Shown here piece by piece: positions 20,096-30,139 of a DNA stretch of 64,000 nucleotides. The DNA is taken from assembly GCA_963701295.1 (NCBI GenBank), contig OY969585.1, positions 1,024,001-1,088,000 of the forward strand. Direction: 5' to 3'. The DNA comes from Ignavibacteriota bacterium. Its GTDB lineage: Bacteria > Bacteroidota > Ignavibacteria > UBA10030. The notes beneath the pieces were generated by a model, which did not search any database, was not told where the DNA came from, and worked only from the letters and a program-made list of their open reading frames with translations. Numbering within the stretch: position 1 is the first letter of the stretch; the number at the start of each line of letters is the position of its first letter. The position numbers were made by a program, and so were the translations under genes.

Positions 20096-21040
20096 TTACA
20101 AATAGTCCTGCTTAACATTTTTATGCGTGTTAGCTGCCGTTTTCTTTTGTTCATCAACAGCAATCCGCAAACGCCATGTTGCTTGTATTTTGCCTGCTTT
20201 GTGTATTCTAAATAATTGTTTTATTGTTGCACTTTTCATAAAATATTTTAACGAGCTCAATTTGGAACGTTTTATATTTGCTTCTTTGTCAATAGTAAAA
20301 CCCATTTGCTTGAAAAATACTTCCGCTTCTTCAAAGCTCTCAAATTTATTATCTTCTATACAATGCTGTTCAAAAAACTCCTTCGTTTTATTGTCAAATT
20401 TAAGACTGAGTTTTTCTTGTTGATTTTTGAGATAAATATCTGCTGTTATCCAATAACCGCCCCGCTCCTTTAATATCTTGTGAATAATGCTGCAAAGTTT
20501 TTCCTTTTCATGCCTATCTAAATACATTAATAACCCTTCGTTTACAATAACAATCTCTCCATCTGGAAAATGGTTTACTATTTCATGAAATTTTGTATCG
20601 TCAAGAGCATTTAACGGCAGTAGTTCTAATGTTCCTTCCGTGTTAAAGCTTTCATTTTTTAGAGCAGTTATAAATTTATTTTTCGTCGCTATTACATCTG
20701 GTAAGTCTGTATCAATGTAATAAAATCCTTTTTGTTTTGTAGTTTCTAAGCCTCGAAAGGAGAATCCTGATGATAATTCTAAAATATTTTTAATCGGCAA
20801 ATCTGTTAATAATTGGTCAATACTCCAGTACCTATTTTCAAAATGAACTACTCTTGCCCAAAAAGTCATATCCTTGTTGCTAAAATCCGGATTATATTTT
20901 TCAGGATATTCTATCAATTCAGCCGTCTGTCGGGCAAAAGGTATATTCGTATGCGCTTTCATGAATAACAGTGATTTAGCTGATGGGCTAATCGTGTTGA
21001 AATTGCAATTGGTTGAATTTATTTGTTCCATAGTATTCAT
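20096..21040 (-). CDS. SAM-dependent methyltransferase (LCM/O-methyltransferase-like)
   Basis: ILELSSGFSFRG, YIDTDLPDVI, NEGLLMYL, GGYWITAD. Confidence 0.78.
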   Translation of the reverse strand: MNTMEQINSTNCNFNTISPSAKSLLFMKAHTNIPFARQTAELIEYPEKYNPDFSNKDMTFWARVVHFENRYWSIDQLLTDLPIKNILELSSGFSFRGLETTKQKGFYYIDTDLPDVIATKNKFITALKNESFNTEGTLELLPLNALDDTKFHEIVNHFPDGEIVIVNEGLLMYLDRHEKEKLCSIIHKILKERGGYWITADIYLKNQQEKLSLKFDNKTKEFFEQHCIEDNKFESFEEAEVFFKQMGFTIDKEANIKRSKLSSLKYFMKSATIKQLFRIHKAGKIQATWRLRIAVDEQKKTAANTHKNVKQDYL

Positions 21041-21312
21041 TTTGTCAGATGAATGCCTGTAATGTTGTCCCCACGGTTGCGGCCAACGCCCAACAAACAA
21101 AGCAATATATACGCAGATATTCTTCTGTAAATATAAGAGAAGCTTGTGTCTATTTTTTCTGCCAAACTTGCTGCCCTTCTACAATACTTATCATTTCCTC
21201 ATTGCCAGCCGGAATGTTTTTTATGCAGGCGGGCGCTCATTCTGTCAGCTTGCTGCCCAGTTGTATTTTGGCAGGGAGCGCCTCGTTAGGCAGTTTGTTA
21301 AAATAAATTAAA

Positions 21313-22127
21313 TCAAAGATATATTCCTCGTCCCATTGTCCAACAAAAAACTGTGAATATAATTACGCCATAGAAAATAATATTCAATTGTTGTTTAGTT
21401 AAAAAAAGTTCGTCTAAACCGTTTGTTTCCCGATGAACATTTTTATTAGATTTTCGTAAATATCTTGGTGTTAATAGCAGTGGAAAGAACATTGGGAAGG
21501 TAATTGCTTCTATAAAAGTGTCAATTGAATGTGGGCTAGAAAACGAAACTGCAATTAATGTTGAAACTCCTGGTGACAAATACGGATATAGAAATAATTG
21601 CCATAATCGACGTGTTAAAGAACTATTTCTAAAGGTGTTGAATATTTTTAGGGCTGCACTAACAATTAAATAAAAAAAGATACGATAAGAGAAAAAACCA
21701 ATAACTATTAATAATATTCTCCATGTCAGAAGTTCAATAGCTCCTCTAATATCAAATGCAAAAATCGCCTTTATTCGTTATGCCTGCGTAAAAACATAGC
21801 CATGAAAAACCAAAACAAGTTGAATGTCATGGTATGCAATAGTAGCAATTGAGAATAGGCTTTAAAGTGATTTGCTCTTCGCAGCAGTGTCCAAAGTAGC
21901 AATCCGATTGCAAGGTTAGTAAGCGGTCCAAAATCGTCCGTAATAAAACTATGTGTCTCACTTCTAAAATAAACAGAAGTCAACAAAGTAATTTTTCCAC
22001 CTGTAACTAAACATGCTCCTCCATGTCCTATTGCTTCATAGGCAATATCTGCGATTATGTATGACATTGTCCCAATAGAAACTAATGTCAAGTAATGATA
22101 TAGTTTTTCTTTTGAGTTTTGGTTCAA
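21313..22127 (-). pseudogene. Multi-TM membrane protein split by one frameshift near 21805
   Basis: Removing one T from the minus-strand T5 run joins 21771-22127 to 21313-21579 via ..FWFSWLCFYAGITNKGDFAF..LYPYLSPG. Confidence 0.7.
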
Positions 22128-22419
22128 TTCGCCATTCTTTGTTTTTAAAATTGTTCTGTTCTGTCATCTTTGCAATGTCGTAAAATAGTTATTCTGTTGC
22201 TGAAAGGCTTGCTGTTAACTTCTGTAAAAGCGCAAGCGGTATAATGGATGGGCACTAAGCTGCGGCAATGAATACCTTCAATTTGCAATCACCGAAACAA
22301 GTTCACAATGATTATTTTCAAGTTATTTACAAACCTCTGCTCGCCGTGAATTTTGCACTGAGCTTGCCCGCCGTCTTTTTGGCGGGCTCATTCGTTAGGC
22401 GACTACGGGATGATTATTA

Positions 22420-22656
22420 TTACTTCCATCCTTGGATGCTAAGATCGGCGAACGATTCCAAATAACCACATTTGTCACAACAATACGTTGTAATAGGATG
22501 ACGGCGTTTATTAGTAAATTTGATTCCTGTCCACCATGATCGTTCAACTATTCCTTCTACCCAACAATTAACAGCTAATCGTCCGGTAGGAAGTTCCATG
22601 GCGAATCCTTCAATCATTGAACTACCACATTTACTGCATTGAAATTGTTTGCTCAT
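22420..22656 (-). CDS. Small zinc-ribbon protein (cassette gene)
   Basis: CSKCGSSMIEGF..YCCDKCGYLESFA. Confidence 0.8.
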   Translation of the reverse strand: MSKQFQCSKCGSSMIEGFAMELPTGRLAVNCWVEGIVERSWWTGIKFTNKRRHPITTYCCDKCGYLESFADLSIQGWK

Positions 22657-22866
22657 TGAACATTCCTTTTTTAATTACGAAAATATTTGTAGCCGCCTAA
22701 CATGTGATTAGATAGACTTAGTCTGTATTTTGTCTGTAATAGGATAATAGAGAGACTTTGTGTTTAATATTGCATCCGCCAATTGCCAATCCTTGCGCTC
22801 AATGGGTAGTTACGATTTCCTTATTAAGTTTGATATTAAAATTAATCATAGGCGTGTATATTGTCC

Positions 22867-22894
22867 GTAGGGACGTTTAATTATTCGTCCCTAC
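22867..22894. repeat. GTAG-type REP-like palindrome
   Basis: GTAGGGACG-N10-CGTCCCTAC, perfect 9-bp inverted repeat. Confidence 0.6.
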
Positions 22895-23225
22895 AAAAGC
22901 AATAAATTTTAATTTCTCAAGAACTGTCATTGGCGATTCCCAACGGGGATAATCAGCGATTTGATATTTTTGCTGCTATTAATATACATGTTTCTCGATG
23001 GGAGAGCAAGATTAAAAAAGGTTTTCTTCGAATTGGAATCCGCATAGCGCTTTGCCTTGTGAGATATACACCTCGTTTGCAACGAACAATTCTAATAAAG
23101 AAAATCCCCGGCGCGCTCTTAAGCTCCAGGGATTAAGAAGGCTAATGCAAGCAGTCGGGGGAAACGGCACGACTATGGCATCATCATTCATCATCTTGCT
23201 CTTTTTCTTTTTGCATTCATGCACT

Positions 23226-24282
23226 TCATGGGTTAGCTACCCATGTGTTGTAGATGAACTCACTGTATGGATCGCCGGCAACTTCCTCGATAACGTTGCG
23301 CACAGCCATCTCATCAGTAGTTAATTGTGATGCAAGCCATTTGATAACCGCTACGGCCTTGTCCCTTTCTGCCAGATCAGCACCAGTGAAAGAATTCCAG
23401 AGATTAATGATCTCAAACGCACTGCGGAGACCGACCTTTCTCCATTTATCTTGATCCTGTTCCGTATATATCCACAGCAATGCCTGGCCGACACAATCGA
23501 CTATGTAACTGTACCCGAGGTTCGTACGGATAGTAAGTCTTATCGGATCGAAATATGCCAATTGTGAAACAGTTGTGATTCCTTCCTCTGCAAACCGTTC
23601 AGCTTTACGTGCATCAATCCCATGCAAAACCTGAAGCTGGCTCTCGTCGGCATTGTCGGAGCCCTCACCCAAATTCAACTTTTGTCTGGCGAGCTTTCTC
23701 ATTAAAGAAAAGAGACTATTGGTAGGAAATGCTCCTAGAAAAACCGCGATCGCTGGACCAACGTTTTTCAGTCGCAAATTGCGATACGGCATAGCCTAAG
23801 GGAATCGCTACAGCGAACCTGAAAGAGGCTAAGTATAAATCACCCGGCGAGAGATCAGCGTACCACCATCTGGTAATCTGGTCATACGATACCCACATAT
23901 AGGCTCCAAACACCGCAAACACTCCTATCGCCTTCGATGGCGGATTCAGAATTGCGCCACTATTCGAGAGCAGCCACAGGTAACACTCGAATAAAAGAAA
24001 AGCAGCAACTAAGAAAAACAGGACAATGGGGAGCATGAAATGCTTTCTTCCAAACTGAGTATCGTAATATTTTTCAAATCGAAGCTCCTGTTCCTCTTTG
24101 TCATTTCCAAATTTTGGATGAAATTGTTTGAAATATGAGATAATGGCCTTTTGTTGATCACTGTTAATGCCACATAATATTTCGTTATAACGCTCCTTCC
24201 AACCCCAAACAAGAAACGAAAGACTTGGGGCAATTAAAAGCGCGATCGCAAGTATGACACCATAGAGATATAAATCGTTCAT
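23226..24282 (-). pseudogene. Membrane protein with C-terminal helix-hairpin-helix-like domain, frameshifted near 23766
   Basis: Overlapping ORFs 23716-24282 and 23226-23792 join (..SQFATE/NVGPAIAV..) on deleting one A of an A5 run; LHGIDARKAERFAEEGITTVSQLA is HhH-like. Confidence 0.65.
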
Positions 24283-24452
24283 ATCAATTCTCCTTTATTT
24301 TCTGAATGAAGCAAAATCTATTTTCCGTATTGTCCATCGTTACTAAAGCACGAATCGTATCCCGTCGTCGTCAAGATGGCGGCGGTTTGTGGTATGGTAA
24401 ATGGTGAAACGAACTATATAGCCATTCAGTACAATCCACAAATTATCAGTTC

Positions 24453-25637
24453 CTACTGTGGTCTTTGGGATCCAAAACCAAACATGAAGTTCAGCGCGCT
24501 TACAAGGTTTCCCGTTTGCAATCCTTGGCTGTCCCTGCCAAAAGTAAATGATACAAGGCTGTTTTTAGCCATGGAATAATCGACCTCAAAATCGATTTTC
24601 CAATTTGTACTCTTCGCTTGATTTATCAAAGTGCGATAAAGTGCTTCGCCGGAAAAAGATAATTTCGGAGAGCAAGTTAATATGAGTCTTCCCCCCAGGT
24701 CGAGATTGTTCTCAACGGAGTTTTTCGCGTCAACAAGATATCTCACGACGCCCAATAGACTGTAGTCTTGAAATTCGTAGCCACCAGTAACCCACACGCC
24801 GTATTTAATTATTGAGGAGTTATTAAACACTTGTTTGGGAAAATCAAGAACCATTCCTCCTGCAACATTCAATTTCCAACCCAATCGACGAAGTTGAATC
24901 GATGTCACCAGATTCTTAAGCTGTTGCAGTTGGGTCTGGTTATTAGATCGAATCTCATTTTCCACTGCGACGTGGAGTTCTGCGCCCCTCGCATCTATCT
25001 GGGTATTTATTAAGGCAACTAATGCGGTGTCGTTTCTGCCCGAAGCAACTTCGTTAGCCTTGATTAGTTTGGACAATGTTGTATCCATGGATAATTTCTT
25101 CCGATAGACTGAATCGATCTCATTATTCAAAGCGCCAATACTATTAACAACAGAATCAAGCTTAGTTTTGTAGTTATCGAATCTCGTATCGATTTGTCCT
25201 TGCAGTAATGAGAATCGAACGCCGATTCCCATACCAGTTGATAGAGTATCGGGCGCACCTTCAAACTTAGAACTGATCGCTAAAGAAATTGAGAAAGTCT
25301 GCTCCATCGTCGAGATGACTCCATTATCCCCCGAGTAATCTTTGTACGTAAGAGTAGGATGTCCGAAGAGCCAAAAAGGGGCAACTTCAACAGCATAATT
25401 TTGCGGCAGGGCACTCAAGCCACTAGTGTTATTGAGGATATTTACTGCAAAATCTGTCACGTTACTAGGTCTTTCAACTGACAATGGCTCAACGCCGAGC
25501 AAAACGAACCCAGGTGCATTCGGCGAAAGTAGCATATTTAGAGAAGTCGTGTCTTGTTGTGCTAAACAATGCGAATTCAAGCAACTTAAAAAAAGCAAAG
25601 AAAGAACTGCACCTGAAATTTGTCTAAGGGTTGTCAT
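24453..25637 (-). CDS. Hypothetical exported / outer-membrane beta-barrel-like protein
   Basis: Signal peptide, APGFVLLG, central coiled coil, amphipathic strands ending ALNFMFGF. Confidence 0.7.
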   Translation of the reverse strand: MTTLRQISGAVLSLLFLSCLNSHCLAQQDTTSLNMLLSPNAPGFVLLGVEPLSVERPSNVTDFAVNILNNTSGLSALPQNYAVEVAPFWLFGHPTLTYKDYSGDNGVISTMEQTFSISLAISSKFEGAPDTLSTGMGIGVRFSLLQGQIDTRFDNYKTKLDSVVNSIGALNNEIDSVYRKKLSMDTTLSKLIKANEVASGRNDTALVALINTQIDARGAELHVAVENEIRSNNQTQLQQLKNLVTSIQLRRLGWKLNVAGGMVLDFPKQVFNNSSIIKYGVWVTGGYEFQDYSLLGVVRYLVDAKNSVENNLDLGGRLILTCSPKLSFSGEALYRTLINQAKSTNWKIDFEVDYSMAKNSLVSFTFGRDSQGLQTGNLVSALNFMFGFGSQRPQ

Positions 25638-25664
25638 TGTTCATTCTCCTCCCATTATTTATAG

Positions 25665-26018
25665 TCAAATCAAGAAAAATGTTGCCGCATAAAATACAAC
25701 GTCACCTAGATTTGTCACTGACTCATTAAGTGTTTGCTGGAAGTCAGATACTCCTCCAGTTAGCTTGTATGTTACATCAGTTTGTTTTGTTTCGGGCCGA
25801 ATATCGGTGACCGTTGTTGAGCAATACAGAGTTTGACCGACAATGTCATTGTCTATTCCAACATCGCAGTTAATGTTACCAACCTGATTAGACACCATCG
25901 ATTTTGTTCCCAAGGTCACAGATGTCACCCCTTTTTGTCCGTCGCCTATAATGACTGTAAGGTTCAAGAGTGTGCCATCCCTTTTTAGTTTATACGCCTT
26001 TGTCACAGTTGTACTCAT
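25665..26018 (-). CDS. Hypothetical small beta-rich protein
   Basis: 117 aa, AAGGAG RBS, directly upstream of the barrel-like gene. Confidence 0.7.
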   Translation of the reverse strand: MSTTVTKAYKLKRDGTLLNLTVIIGDGQKGVTSVTLGTKSMVSNQVGNINCDVGIDNDIVGQTLYCSTTVTDIRPETKQTDVTYKLTGGVSDFQQTLNESVTNLGDVVFYAATFFLI

Positions 26019-26370
26019 GATATTCTCCTTCTCTTTTGCCTACTCTTGATAGGATTTTCGGCTTCCTCCTTTTTTTATGGACGCGCAATCGTCGAATTAT
26101 AAAAACGGGCGAATCCGACCTTGTGTCGAAATTGATCATCAAAGCATGATACTCGTGCATACGGTTATTGAGCACCTGATGAACGACAGATTTTTGAATT
26201 TCAATTGTATGAATGGGCGCGTACAGTTTACTTTTTCCTGATACGTGGAAGTGTCAGGAACGTACAACCAAGGGAATGCCCCTTAAAACTTTTATATCTG
26301 TTGCTATGAAGAATACTTCATAGAACATGGGAACGTATGGATGTTCGTGAATTGTTAAGCACCGGTCTTC

Positions 26371-26670
26371 TTACGAAGACGGTGTTTGCATTCGCGTATG
26401 GCGGAATTCACTAAGCATCGTGCTTGTACTACCAAACCGTTGTTCTGCTGTTTTCAGTACAATATCTTTTATATCCTGGAGTTCTCGCAATTCCGCTGAG
26501 ACGTTTGTATTATTTCCCAATGATGTATAACTATGTGCGGCGACCCGTGTAATAAGTACGCGCATTCGATAAATATGATGGTCGATCTTATCGGTCTCTG
26601 AAAATTGTGAGGAATATCTCAATGCAGCATGTAAGACTGCAGAAGCTTCGTGGAGAATGTTATCAACGGC
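26371..26670 (-). CDS. Hypothetical protein
   Basis: AAGGAG RBS ahead of MAVDNIL..; no recognised motif. Confidence 0.5.
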   Translation of the reverse strand, partial: AVDNILHEASAVLHAALRYSSQFSETDKIDHHIYRMRVLITRVAAHSYTSLGNNTNVSAELRELQDIKDIVLKTAEQRFGSTSTMLSEFRHTRMQTPSS

Positions 26671-26953
26671 CATACTGGAATCTCCTTTCTTGATCAATTG
26701 AGTTATCGTTTATATTGATCCTGTATATCAATGCTCTGGTTTGATAGTACACACGTAAAAAGCTGTGTATTGCTTCGTATATAATTGGTTAAAACCATAT
26801 TTCTTTTCTTGTATTGGCACTGAACCCTTTTCTGCCGTTCCTCTGGACTGCACAACAAAGGATCTGCACAAGTGTTGTATAATATACGTTTCCTTGCTTT
26901 TTCACGCCCATTATGTGTATAATCACAAATTATTGGAATCATCTTAAAATCGC

Positions 26954-26982
26954 TTGCACCTACAGAATCGTTTTAGTATAAT
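26954..26982 (+). promoter_or_regulatory. Sigma70-type promoter
   Basis: TTGCAC-17 bp-TATAAT. Confidence 0.65.
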
Positions 26983-26987
26983 ATGAA

Positions 26988-27085
26988 TAGAACGTCCTCG
27001 ATGGGAACCCAAATCCTTGGTGAGACTATCCCTCCCTGAGTCTCATTACCTGTGTTGGCGCGCGGGATCGAGGACGTTTGCTATA
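26988..27085 (+). ncRNA. Candidate structured non-coding RNA
   Basis: 12-bp perfect closing stem AACGTCCTCGAT/ATCGAGGACGTT, inner TGAGACT/AGTCTCA stem with C-rich loop, immediately after the promoter. Confidence 0.5.
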
Positions 27086-27386
27086 TTCTGACCTACATTC
27101 TATATACCAACACACGGCAGTATTGAGCCTCATCGCATTATATTAAAGAACGAACTTTTTCAATCACAAAATATATAAGAGATATTCATGTAAAGACAAA
27201 GAATTTACATGTCGTATTAATACAAATACGTTGCCAATTTTTCGTTACACGGTTTTTGTAATAAAAAGCGGGAAAAATCATGTAAGAAGCTTTCTAAAAA
27301 AAGGTTTTTCAGAAGGATTGTACTATCATGTGTAGAGAAGGTTCCTCAGGATCGAAAGAGGAAAGCCAAATGGTCGATATGATCAG

Positions 27387-28166
27387 TTATGATGGAAGAG
27401 TACGATGCACGAGTGTTGTCGATGCTTGTGCGGTTGGCATTATGATCAATTCTGCAATTTGCACATGTGCCGGTCTTGTGGCGGCGTAGAACACAGCGTC
27501 GGCAATGTCTTCGGGTGTTAGCGGAGTCATATTCTGATATGTTTTTTTTGCGCGTTCCCTGTCGCCATGGAAACGTACCTCGCTAAATTCTGTCTCGACT
27601 AAACCGGGATCGATCGTACAAACGCGGATTGGCGTATCGACCAGATCCATACGCATTCCTTTGGTGAGCGCATCGACAGCATGTTTGGTGGCACAATAGA
27701 CGTTTCCACTCGGATAAACGTCGTGTCCGGCAATGGAACCGATGTTAATTATGGTACCCTTTCTTCGTTTTACCATACCCGGCAGAACAGTGCGGCTGAC
27801 GTATAGTAATCCCTTTACATTCGTGTCGATCATTTCCTCCCAGTCTTCAAATTGTCCTTCATGCAGTTTTTGAAGACCGCGGCTCAATCCGGCATTGTTG
27901 ATAAGAATATCAATATCCTGCCATTCTACGGGGAGTTTCTGAACAAATTTTGTTACGGCATGCCGGTCTCGTACATCAAGTGCATCAACATATGAATCTG
28001 TCTTAAATTGCCTTTTGAATTCTGCTGCAATTTTTTCCAGTCGTTCTTTACGGCGGGCAACAAGAATGAGTTTGGCGCCTGCTTCGGCAAATTTATGCGC
28101 ACAGGAGCGTCCAATGCCGCTACTGGCGCCAGTAATGAAAACAAGAGAATTAGCAAATGCTGGCAT
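27387..28166 (-). CDS. NADP-dependent SDR oxidoreductase (YdfG-like)
   Basis: TGASSGIG, NNAG, YCATK, PGLVETEFS. Confidence 0.93.
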   Translation of the reverse strand: MPAFANSLVFITGASSGIGRSCAHKFAEAGAKLILVARRKERLEKIAAEFKRQFKTDSYVDALDVRDRHAVTKFVQKLPVEWQDIDILINNAGLSRGLQKLHEGQFEDWEEMIDTNVKGLLYVSRTVLPGMVKRRKGTIINIGSIAGHDVYPSGNVYCATKHAVDALTKGMRMDLVDTPIRVCTIDPGLVETEFSEVRFHGDRERAKKTYQNMTPLTPEDIADAVFYAATRPAHVQIAELIIMPTAQASTTLVHRTLPS

Positions 28167-28552
28167 ATTGATCCATGAATAGATGAAGTTTCATAAATAA
28201 TTTCTTCGCATGGGAAAAATACAAAGCAAGGAAGTGAATGTCAATGAATCAAAAGAAATACTTATATGGTTTCGAAAAGTCATTTTTCTGTTTCTTGACC
28301 ATGGTTTTTGGCTAATTTCGTGGATATTTCTTCTCTTTCTACTCTCCGTATGTTTTCTTTACCAATCTTCCCTGATTCACAATAGGAAGATACCTAGATT
28401 ACGCCACTTGCATAAGACACAGGAAATGTGTATCAATATGACTCTTGATGCCTGATACGCTAGTCGTCACTATATGAAAGGTGTCCGTATGTTGAGTGCA
28501 TGTAATGGCTTTCCATTCACCTCCTTTGACCTCATTTATCTCATTTCCCGAG

Positions 28553-28609
28553 TAAAATACGACAATGTTTGTAACGAAATCGTTACAGCCAATTGGTTAA
28601 AATACGACA
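28553..28609 (+). promoter_or_regulatory. Direct repeats flanking a palindrome: putative regulator binding sites
   Basis: TAAAATACGACA at 28553 and 28598; TGTAACGA-AA-TCGTTACA at 28570-28587. Confidence 0.55.
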
Positions 28610-28897
28610 GAAAAATAATTCTGAATAATGTAGCTTATGTGAGAAAATAACGACACATCTGATCGTTTTTTTCAAAAGGGAGCGGTCTTGAAAAGGCCGA
28701 TTGTGTAAACGTGTACTTCAACTGACACGAAATTCTTGAATGTCAGGTCTATAATTTCTTTGAAGGAGCTTAGATGCTGAAAATGATTGAATCGCGAAAA
28801 AGTCGCTCTCCGCCCACATGATTTGAAAAGTCGTTACAGGCACTTCTTCATGTGTTCAATGACCAATTTAAGATTTTTACTTCCAAAGGAGAATCAA

Positions 28898-29302
28898 ATG
28901 TCTATAAAGAAAATTGTTGTCACCATTTCGATCCTTTCAATATTCGCGATTGCACTCTTTATCTATCCTTCAATGAATCAATCTGTCCGAGCAGAGCAAG
29001 TAAATTTTGCCGGTTATAAAAACCAAAGCGTTTCATTCCAGGAAGCATTAAGATTAATCAAAACCTATGAACATATTGCTGCATCCGACGTAGTCATTGC
29101 ACAATACTTTGGAAAAGATATTGTTGATAAAATTCTTGCACAGCCCGGATGTCTCGGAGTGCGAATGTATTACGGCAAGCATGCAAGCGGGAAATCTGGT
29201 GTACTACTCATTGGAGTGGACAAATACGGAAAGGACATGGTTACAGGTGTTTTAGCTATGCCTGTAATTATTTGTCCTCCCTATTGTGGTGGTTCAAATT
29301 AA
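28898..29302 (+). CDS. Secreted hypothetical protein with C-terminal CPPYC motif
   Basis: AAGGAG RBS; signal peptide ending SVRA; YFGKD..ILAQPGCLGVRMYYG..LLIGVD..CPPYCGGSN. Confidence 0.8.
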   Translation: MSIKKIVVTISILSIFAIALFIYPSMNQSVRAEQVNFAGYKNQSVSFQEALRLIKTYEHIAASDVVIAQYFGKDIVDKILAQPGCLGVRMYYGKHASGKSGVLLIGVDKYGKDMVTGVLAMPVIICPPYCGGSN

Positions 29303-29497
29303 GGCATATTGCAAGAGGGCAATTCATTTCCTACCTTAAAATGATTTTATTATGCGGTGGAGCTACACGGCACGCAGTTCCACCACAGTTGAAATCCGAG
29401 GTTACTTCAAAAGGTAGTTTTATAAACTCAGGAGTACCTGTTACTCTTAGATGATTGTGTCTACTTGAACCAGTAAAAGCAGGAACAATTTCCATAG

Positions 29498-30139
29498 ATG
29501 GTGCACTATCCAACACTTGCATATGTTACACTCTTCAGTTCTGTATTACCGCTCTTGATTGGAGTTTACAAGTGGAAGCTGGTAAGTCGCGAATTGAAAA
29601 TCCTGGTTTTATATCTCACGATCGGACTTACAATAGATATTGTGACCATGTGGTTCATTGCGAATCCTCGGATCAATCTGGGGCTTATGCATTTCTATTA
29701 TCTCGTCGAATACATATTTATAATTTCTATTATTGTTTCCTGGCAAGAGTCGCCGAAGATAAAGAGTCTGTTTCAAATACTGTTGTTATGCTATGTCCTG
29801 TTCTGGTTCTGCGCAAAGTTTACCTTCGAACCGTTCAATGGATTGTATTCTCTCACCGCAAGTGTTTCATATGTTCTGCTTGCCCTCAGTGCAGGATACA
29901 CGTTATTTATTGTCATCGGGAATCGAGTGCAATCGTTATTCAGCCGTCAACAGTTTTGGGTGCTTCTCTCAGTAGTGGTGTATTATACAGGAACTTTAGC
30001 ACTTGTCGCATTACAAGGAATTCTTGTTCATTATTCTACAGAGGATTTATTCCTTGCTGGATCCATCAATTGGAGTCTTAAAATTCTTTTTAATATCCTG
30101 TTTACAGTAGGCTTTCTATGTCCTCAGACTCAACCGTAA
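29498..30139 (+). CDS. Polytopic (~7 TM) membrane protein
   Basis: Almost entirely hydrophobic helices; overlaps the kinase start. Confidence 0.8.
   Translation: MVHYPTLAYVTLFSSVLPLLIGVYKWKLVSRELKILVLYLTIGLTIDIVTMWFIANPRINLGLMHFYYLVEYIFIISIIVSWQESPKIKSLFQILLLCYVLFWFCAKFTFEPFNGLYSLTASVSYVLLALSAGYTLFIVIGNRVQSLFSRQQFWVLLSVVVYYTGTLALVALQGILVHYSTEDLFLAGSINWSLKILFNILFTVGFLCPQTQP

Larger units (their letters stand above)
17353..22740 (-). mobile_element. Degenerate integron-like gene-cassette array lacking an integrase (CALIN-like)
   Basis: Seven co-oriented short genes. Minus-strand GTTRRRY-like cores before starts (17894, 19431, 21087/21094, 22701); RYYYAAC-like cores at or after gene ends (18733, 20129, 21285, 22394). 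Confidence 0.7.

Noticed and set aside
26230-26350. Series of small hairpins (ttcctga..tcaggaa; ctatgaag..cttcatag)
   Set aside because: No match to riboswitch consensus sequences I can recognise; may be chance or terminator-like.
28210-28455. 81-aa plus-strand ORF
   Set aside because: No motif or clear RBS; lies in a divergent promoter region.
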